Under the pieces are notes generated by a model that saw only the letters and a list, made by a program, of their open reading frames with translations, was not told where the DNA came from and ran no database searches. From the NCBI GenBank assembly GCA_963849325.1, contig CAWKHF010000011.1, forward strand, positions 67,762 to 131,761: a stretch of DNA of 64,000 nucleotides, written 5' to 3'. This DNA comes from an uncultured Planctomycetota bacterium (lineage in GTDB: Bacteria; Planctomycetota; Planctomycetia; Gemmatales; Gemmataceae). The position numbers and the translations under genes are program-made. Shown piece by piece: positions 38,895 to 46,773 of the stretch. Every line of letters starts with the position of its first letter. Position 1 is the stretch's first letter.

Positions 38895-39415
38895 CTAGTT
38901 CGGAATTCGGACTTCGAGTTCAATGGCCCAGGGATCCAGCGGTTGTTGTACGAGACGTTCGAGCAGCAGCGGCACGGCCGGCACCTCTTCGGGCACCTTG
39001 GGCACGACCAGGGCGGCACGGACGGCGTTGACGTTCGGGCACTTCGGCGGAGGGCCGGTAGTCGGCCAGCGCCTTCTCGCTGTCCTGCGGCTGCCACAGG
39101 CGACCGGCCTGGCCGTCTTCCACGCCGTAGCGCCGCGAACTGCGCCAGCACGCCGTCGCTGGTGTCGGCGTTGAGGCTGGCGGCGTCGGCCCGGATGCGC
39201 CGCTCGGTATCGTGCAGGACCTCGCGGGCCCAGTTGATGTCCTCCAGCGGGACCTTGGATTGTCCCTTCCGCGCCCACTTCAGACGGTCGGCCCAGTGGG
39301 CGTCGATGGCCTTCTGGTCCGCCGCCTTGTCGAGACCGAGCAGCAGAAACGGCCCCACCTGCTCGCGCGGCAGCGTGGCCAACTCCAGCACAACGGGTTC
39401 CGGACTTCGACCCAT
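38895..39415 (-). CDS. J-domain-like protein lacking HPD, two frameshifts (about 39130 and 39050)
   Basis: GPFLLLGLDKAADQKAIDAHWADRLKWARKGQSKVPLEDINWAREVLHDTERRIRAD has J-domain helix II/III spacing, but the loop reads ARKGQS instead of HPD. The C-terminus is recovered from two other frames (..YGVEDGQAGRLWQPQDSEKALADYRP / PPKCPNVNAVRAALVVPKVPEEVPAVPLLLERLVQQPLDPWAIELEVRIPN*). Confidence 0.4.
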
Positions 39416-39429
39416 AATGTCCTCTCATT

Positions 39430-39548
39430 TCACCGCAGAGGACGCAGAGAGCGCAGAGAGAAGACAGACAAATACCTTGCTCCGTCTTCGATTCTTTCAG
39501 GTTTCTCTCCTTTTCTTCTCTTTGCGCTCTCTGCGTCCTCTGCGGTGA
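39430..39548. repeat. 34-bp-stem hairpin (GCAGAG-rich arms) in the gap between the TPR and J-like genes
   Basis: TCACCGCAGAGGACGCAGAGAGCGCAGAGAGAAG-51 nt-CTTCTCTTTGCGCTCTCTGCGTCCTCTGCGGTGA (1 mismatch). Confidence 0.8.
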
Positions 39549-39557
39549 ATCTTTATT

Positions 39558-41226
39558 TTACGCGCCCATCGAGCGGCACGCTTCCATCTTTTTATCGATA
39601 TGCTCGGCCAGGTCACGCACGATGCGGCGATGTTCGTCGTTGCTGACCAGCGGCAGGCATTTGCCGGTGATACGGCGGAGCTTCTGAAACTCGCGGAGCA
39701 GGTCGCGCATCACCTCGCGCACCGCCGACCAGTTAATCTGGTAATTGGGCAGGTTGCGCACCTGATCGATGACCTTGCTCATCTGGTCGGTCAGTTGATC
39801 GCATAGGTTGCCCATCAGCGGAATGACGTTGCCGACCATGCTGATCGCCCGCTCCTCGACGCGGGTGTCGTTGGGGTAGCGCTTGAGGATGCGGTCGATG
39901 TCGGACAGCAGTTTTTCGATGTCGTTGAGTCCCTTGACCTCGATGAGGTCGAGTTCGTACAGCTCGTACTGCGGTTCGCCGGGCCGCAAGCGTCGCAGCT
40001 GCTTCCAGGGTGCGGCGGGCGTCCTGCGGCCGCTTGGACTGATTATACAGGTGGAAGAGGCGTTCGAGCGTGTCCGGGTCGTTGGGCCGCAGATGGGCGG
40101 TGCGCTGGACGTAGCTGAGGGCGCTGGACCATTTCTCTTTCTCGCCGTAGCGCGACGCGAGCCGGCCCAGGCTCTCGTAGGCCAGGTGCTCGATGTACTT
40201 CGGGATGTCCGGCGGGGCCGGCACGCCATCGTCCAGCAGGTCGAAATAGCGGTTCCAGTACGGATCGGCCTGAGCCAGTTCGCCCTTGAATTCGTAGATG
40301 AGGGCCAGGTTCTGGTGCAGGCGGGCATCGTTGGGGGCCAGTTTGATCGCCGCGGCGAAGTGCTTGATGGCGTCATCGAATTCGTGCGTCATGCCGGCGC
40401 AGCAGCCGAGCAGGTTGAGCAGGGCGACTTGCGTGGCTCGGCTGCCGCTCCGTTCGCGGGCCAGCGGACGCAGCAGCAGCTCGGCGTCGGTCCAGGCGCA
40501 GCGATCGATTAGCTCCTTGGCCTTGACGAGCACCGCCTCCAGGTACGCCTCGCGCACCGCCACGCTGCGCGGCCGGGCCTCGGTCAAGGTCTTCAGCAGG
40601 ACATGCACGGTGTCGAGCTGGCCGAGGCTGCGAACGACCTGGAGCAGGCGCTGCTCATCGTCGGAGGTCAGCTCGGCCAGGAGCGGCACGTCCGGCGGCG
40701 CGCCGTTCGCCTGGCGGCACGCCTGCAACAACGCCTGCAAGACCAGCAGGAAACGCCGTTCCTCCCGCGTCTCGCCGGGACGATGGGCCAGCAGTTCGAT
40801 GGCGTTGGGGATGAGGGCGAGACAGTCCTCGACCTTGCCGAGCGTGAGGCGCGTCAGCAGCAGGTTGTGACAGATTTCGTAGGAACCGGGGTCCATCTGC
40901 CCGGCGCGGGCGAACTCGTCCTCGGCCTGGGCCAGCTGATTCTCTTGCAGCGACAGCAGGCCCATTTGCAGGACGACGTTGGCGTCGGGCCGCTGGATCT
41001 TGCGCAGGGCGTTGCGGGCCTCGGTGAGCTTGCCCTGCCGTTTGTGGGCCAGGGCCAGCATGTATAGCACGTTGGCGTCCTGGCAGCCGGACTGGACGGC
41101 ACGTTCGAGGACCTGAGCCGCCACCTCGTAGGGCGACAGGATTGGCTCCGCAATGGGGATTACTTCGGACACAAGGCTCTCCAGTTCTGAGTTCTGAGTA
41201 ACAGAAGCACGTCGATTGTTTTTCAC
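39558..41226 (-). CDS. TPR-repeat protein (about 555 aa), one frameshift near 40010
   Basis: ORF 39733..41226 (GTG start) has multiple TPR-like A/L/Y-rich helix pairs (..ANVLYMLALAHKRQGKLTEARNAL.., ..ARLHQNLALIYEFKGELAQADPYW..). The C-terminal 150 aa are in ORF 39558..40376. Confidence 0.65.
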
Positions 41227-41241
41227 TCAGAACTCAGAACT
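41183..41241. repeat. heptamer-array hairpin (AGTTCTG)2AGT / ACT(CAGAACT)2 spanning a stop codon and the next start codon
   Basis: AGTTCTGAGTTCTGAGT-25 nt-ACTCAGAACTCAGAACT. The stop of 41234..44022 (TCA at 41234-36) lies in the right arm. The GTG start of 39558..41226 (41226) lies at the loop/stem edge. Confidence 0.8.
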
Positions 41242-44022
41242 TACTGAATACAGCAAGTCGCTGCCCGGCCCGCACCAGGGCGAGGGTCATCAACGGCCCC
41301 AGGCGGCGATCGCGCAGGCCGAGCTTGCCGGCCTCGCGGAAGCGGTCGGCCGCCTGCTCGAAGCGACCATTCTCGTAGGCCAATAGCCCCGACAGCAGCA
41401 CCGTCTGCCGCAACGGCTCGTCGAATTGCCACTCGCCCCGCCTGGGAGGATCGACGCTATTCCACCACTTGATGGCCTCGTCGTAGGCGCCGCGGTCGAA
41501 GCTCAAACGGCCCAGCATGGCGCGGGCGTAGACCGCCGACGGACTTTTCTCGACCGCGGCCACCTTCAGCAACGCTTGCTGAGCGGCAGCAACATTGTTC
41601 TGGTGCAAATAGGCCCAGGCCATCAAGAACTGACTTTCCACGGCCAGCGCCTCGTCCTCGGCGGCCCGCTGGCTCAATTCGAGGACGGTCCCGTAATTGT
41701 TCGCGGCCAGGTGGCAGACGGCGCCGAGGTAGTGGAAGCGCGGATCGCGCACCTCGGGGCGATTCATCGCCGGCGCCTGCGCCGCCAGGCCGGCTCGATC
41801 GCCCAGGACCGAGCGCACCGCCGCCAGACACCACAAGGCATCGATGTGGTTCGGATCGTCGCGCAGGCATGTCTCCAGCAAGGTCAACGAGGATGCCAGC
41901 GAGGAATGATCCGAGCCGCGACCGTTCGGGAGCGATTGCCCCCGCTCGCTCACGCTCGCAGCTCGGTTGTTGCCCAAGGTCTCGCGCAAGGCCAGCCGAG
42001 CGCCCAGGAAGGCGATGGCGGCACGGAGCGGGCCGCGGCGTCAGCCCCAGGGCGCGGTCGATGGCCTTGGCACGACGGTCGGCGTTGCCGCGCTCCTGCT
42101 CGATGATGGCCTGGCGCACCAGCGGCCAATGATCGGTCGGGGCCAGGCGGTGCCAGCCGGTGAGGAGGGCCACGGCCCCATCCATGTCGCCACGACGGTA
42201 GTTCAGGCACGCCAGCCGATCGTGTCCGGCGATGCTCGACGGGTCCAGGCGGAGCAGCACCTCGACGCAGACTGCGCCGGCTCCTGGTGCCCCGACTCCT
42301 CCTGCGCGGCGCGAGCGCTCCAGCAGGAACGATTCGCCGTGGGCCGCGTAACTGCCGCCGAGCACGCCAGGGTACTGTCCCGGCGCGCTCAGCGGCGCTG
42401 CGCTCCAGGTAGGCGTACTCGGCGTCGTCGAAGCTCCACTGCTGCTGCTCGAAGTAGGCACGGGCAGCGCCGGACTCGGCGAAGGTGCGGGAGAACAGGT
42501 CGAGATCACGGTCACTGCTGGAGCCGTGGACGGTGGCCGCCCGCACGTACAGGAAGGCGTGCCGCGGCCGGACGGCGTCGGGGAACGTGCGCGGCCAGGT
42601 GAGCGTAGGCGTCGGCGGCCTGCGGGTCGGTGGCGTGAACCGAGGCGAGCACGTCGCACAACTGGAGCTGCTCGTCCTTGCCCAGCGTCATGTTCAGCCG
42701 CCGGGCCTCGGCGTGGACGGCGCGATGAGGCCGGCCCACTCGGCGTTGTCGAAGACGGGATAGCGGGCCAGCAGGCGGATGGCCCAAGCGACGTTGCGCG
42801 GCTTGTCCTCGGGGTTGGTTGGCTTGCCCAGGGCGCCGCACAGGCCGAGATAGCCGGCCGTGAAGGGATCCTTGGGTTCTTCTTGTTCCAGGGCGATGCG
42901 CAGGTGCTTGTAAGCCTGGTCGTAGCGGCCGCAGCGGGCCAGGGACAGGCCCAGACCGCGCAGCAGCGGCACCGTGGGAGGACTGTCTTGCAGAAGCTTG
43001 GCGAAAAGGTCGGCCGCTTCCGGGAAGTCGCCGTGACGGTAATGCGCCTGCGCCATGGCGAACCGCCCCTGCCGCAGAATGACGGTCAGGTCCGGACCGA
43101 GGACGGGGCAGACGTAGGGATACTTGTTGGCCAAGCGGCGAACGTAGGAGTGTGCTTCGGGAAAGGCTTCGACCCAGGCGCGCTCCGGCCGGGCCGTCCA
43201 CAGCCCGAAGCCGCGCGGCCCCAGGGCGCGTTGCAGGGCGCGCAGGGCGAGTCCGCTATCGCCGCCCGCCGCGACGAGGGAGGCACCCATCTGGCAGGTC
43301 ACGAACGGACAGCTCGCCTCGACGCGGTTGGCCTCAGCGAGATAACGCAAACTCTCCTGCGCCTTGCCTTGCCGATAGAGCAGCACACCGAGATAGAACG
43401 CCGGATCGAGATAGTGTTTGCCGGCCTGTTCGTGCGCCGTCGCCAGGGCGGCCATCGCCTCCTCGATCTTTTCCTGGCGGACCAGGCACAACCCTTTCCA
43501 GAAGGACGCTTCCGGGCACGGCGGCCGCACGGCGAAGATGCGTTCCAGCAGGTGCAGGACGGCTTGCGTGTCTTCCCCCTCACCCCTTCCCCTCTCCCCC
43601 CCAGGGGGGAGAGGGGTTAGGGGTGAGGGGGTGGCGGCGAACAGGCGCCGCGCCTCGGCCAGCATCGCCTCGACGATGCGCGTGCGCTGTTCGTCCTGGT
43701 CCAGTCCGAGGCGAGCGCCTGCTTCGAGAGCGTGTCGCAGAGCTTCCTCGAAGTTTTTTTCCTTGAGCATCTGCTCGGCGCCGCGCTGGTGGCACTCACC
43801 GGCGACGACGCGGAGACGATCTTGCCAGACGGGCGGCAGCCGCGGCTCGGCCAGCAGGGCCGTCACGATGTCCAGCGCGGGCTGCCAGTCGCCTTGTTCG
43901 AGCAGGCGCTGAGCGTGGCGGAAGGCGCGATGGCGGCGCGGCCCGCGCCCCAGCAGCAACCACAGGCACAGCGCCAGCGAGAGCACGAAGACGGCGACAA
44001 GGAGGAGGATCTTAACAGTCAC
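41234..44022 (-). CDS. large membrane-anchored TPR protein (about 930 aa), at least 4 frameshifts (about 42725, 42585, 42378, 42035)
   Basis: The N-terminal TM is MTVKILLLVAVFVLSLALCLWLLL (ORF 42694..44022). The TPR-like sequence continues through fragments of ORFs 42512..43201, 41950..42546, 41457..42659 and 41234..41989 without in-frame stops once frames are switched. Confidence 0.6.
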
Positions 44023-44079
44023 AGCGGTCGTTTCCTTCGCGGTCCAATCCGCTCGGCGTGCAGGGGCGATCTCTCCTCA

Positions 44080-46716
44080 TTATGGCGGATTCCATCGCCG
44101 AAGGGCAGCTTTTGCTTCGCGTGTTTCGGGCGTCAGGGCGCCGTCGGCGAGTTTCTCCAGGATGCACCGCGCCTCCGACGTGCCGATGCGTTCGAGCACG
44201 GCGATGGCCCGCAGCGTCCGCAGGGCTTCCTTCGACGGCCGCCTCGGTTGGGCGAGAAGGGCCTCCAGTCGTCGGCGCATCTCCAGCGAGGGCCGGCCTT
44301 GCAATGCCCGTCGCAGCAGAGGCTCGGCTTCGTAGCATGTGCGGCTCAACTCCTGAGAAGCTGCCTCGCGCGTCCGGAACGAATCGTCATCGAGATCGGC
44401 CAACAGTTTCTCGATGTGTTGGACTTTCTTATTCGACGCCGGCTCCAGATTCGTGCGCAGCAACGGCACAGCTTGCTCCGGTGTGGCTGCCAGCGTGTGG
44501 AGGGCGCGAGAAGCCTTGCGGGCATCGCCGGCCAGATCGGACCATAGCGACGCCAACCCCTTCGGACCAAGCTCTCGCTTCGGCTTGTGGCCCGACCATG
44601 TCGAAACTTCCAGATCCCAGAGGAGAATATCTCCCTCCGCCATGCTCGCGGCGACACGACCGCCCGGCAGGGCGACCAGGGAAGGAACGTAGGGCCAGCC
44701 CAAATCGTCCAACGTCTTTGCGATGCTGTCCGGCCACGCCACCTGATGCAATTTCTCACCCGTGACTGTATCCCAGACACACAGGTTCTTATGATCCGAC
44801 ACGATCAGGGCGCGACTATCTGGGCTGAAGGCAATGGTATTGGGAGCTGGCAAGTTCAGGCGGACAACCTCCTCGCCCGTCGCCATCTCGATCAACGACC
44901 GCACCTCGATACCTTCATGCTCCGGATCTCCATCCTTCGCCGACCGGATCAACGCGGCGAGAAGTCGTCCATCGGAGGAAAAAACCAGCGGACTCTTTAC
45001 CTCCCTGGGCAACTTCGCCAGCAAACAGCCGGTCGAGACTTCCTCTATCCCCAACCGCTTGCCCAGCCAGACGCTTAACCGCTCGCCGCCCGGCGCCAAG
45101 TCCGCATGGCCGTCGCCGATTAGTCCATCGACTTCGCCGCGGATCTTAAATTGGTAGGGTCGTTGACTCAACCGTTTCCCGGAGTCCGCGTCCCAGACGA
45201 CGAGTTGCCCGGGCGGATCTTCCTCCTTCGAGTAGACCCCCGCAAAGTATTTGCCATCGGCGGAAAGGGCCGCCGTATGCAGACAAGCAATTTTCCCCTT
45301 GCCCTCCCCGTCGATGATCCGTCCCAGCGGCTTGCCATTGGTCACATTCCAGACATGAAAAGTGAAATGAACTCCGCCGGACCACTCCATGGCTCCCAGG
45401 TTTCCGGCCGCGACGCGCTGACCATCGCTGGAAAGGAAGCAGTCGGTGATGAAAAGGTTCCTTTCCTGCCATTTCCGGAGTTGTCTGCTCGTGGTGGCGT
45501 CCCACAGGCGCAGAACCCCATCGTGGTCCCCGGAGGCGATGATCTTGCCATCGGGGGAAGCGGCCAGCGCCAATCCGATCTGGTCGTGTCCGGGCCGATG
45601 GTGCAGGGAGCGACCCGAAGAGGTGTCATAAAGGCGAATGGCGCAGCCGTCATGGCAGGCGAGCGTTTTGCCGTCGGGCGCGAACGTAAGCCGGCTTCCG
45701 TGGCGTGCCGGCAATTGTTGCATTTGCTGCGCCTTCGATAGATCCCAGAGGAGTATGTGATGGGGTATCTCGAAAGTGAACCCGTGCGGGAGGTATCGGC
45801 GCGTGCCCCAAATCGCAGCAAACCATCGCCCATCCGGAGAGAAGGTAGGCTCATGGACAAAGTTTGCGGCGGCCATCGACGGTGCTCGCAACCGCGACTT
45901 CTCCTCCAGGGTATCTGCCGCCAAGAATCGAACTACCGCCTCGTCGCGTCCACCCACAGTCAGCGTCTTGCCGTCGGGCGAAAAAGCCATTGAGCCGGCA
46001 TCGATCCGGCGAAGGTTTTTCCTCGCGCGGAGCGATTGACCCGTGGTCGTGTCCCAGAGAGAAAGATCAAAACGCGAATCGACGGACGTTCCGGGGATTG
46101 TCTCGGATCTCGGCGATCCCAGCCAATCGTTTGCCATCGGATGTGAAAACAACATTCGACAGCTGGATCTCAGGAGGAGTTGCCAATGTTTGATGGAGTT
46201 GAATCGTTTCTACATTCCATATTTGTGTGACGTACTTCCGAGCGCTCGAGCACATCTGGAGCATTAAGAATTTGCCGTCCGTGGAGAATTTCATGAGTTG
46301 ATGAAGAAGGGCGGTGCCAAGGCACGGGATCCGGCCCCGTTCTCTGCCTGTACTGGTGTCGTACAGATATACCGTCTCGCCGTCCCAAGTCGCCGCCATG
46401 GTCCCGCCGGGCGACAAGGACACGGCCACGAACCGCTTATCCTTTCGCGGTTTTCCGGGCAACTGTTGTCGCCACACCAGCTTCCCCGAGGCAACGTCCC
46501 AGATGCGGATTTCGCCATCGCGGTCACAGGAGATCAACTGGCTACCGTCCTTCGAAAATACTACCTTGGCGCCGGCGTGCCGCAACCGCACCGTGCCCAG
46601 GCGAGCTACGGCGCCGGGCGGCAGCGGATCGCCATACAAATCCACACGCGGCGCCTCCCCCTTGAGAGAGCCGTGCTTCCCAGCAGCATGAGAGTGGTGA
46701 ATACCGTGCGATTCAT
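44080..46716 (-). CDS. secreted WD40 beta-propeller protein with C-terminal helical (HEAT-like) domain, 2 frameshifts (about 46655 and 46100)
   Basis: The signal-like N-terminus MNRTVFTTLMLLGSTAL was found by hand (ATG 46716). ORF 46067..46645 follows (DLYGDPLPPGAVARLGT.., DGEIRIWD), then ORF 44080..46155 with many repeats (FSPDGKTL, SPDGKIIASGDHDGVLRLWD, ..). Confidence 0.8.
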
Positions 46717-46773
46717 GACCGAATCTCCGTCAACCGCTTGCAGCCTGGCGTACTCCGTTAAGCCGCAAGCGTC

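Noticed and set aside
38279-39415. 378-aa ORF suggesting a J-domain-GrpE fusion protein
   Set aside because: The central about 85 aa (..RRGRRPGRSPVAAAGQREGAGRLPALRRS..CPKRCRPCRCC..) are frame-shifted junk. The J-like protein terminates in another frame at 38895, and the GrpE-like gene starts at ATG 38884.
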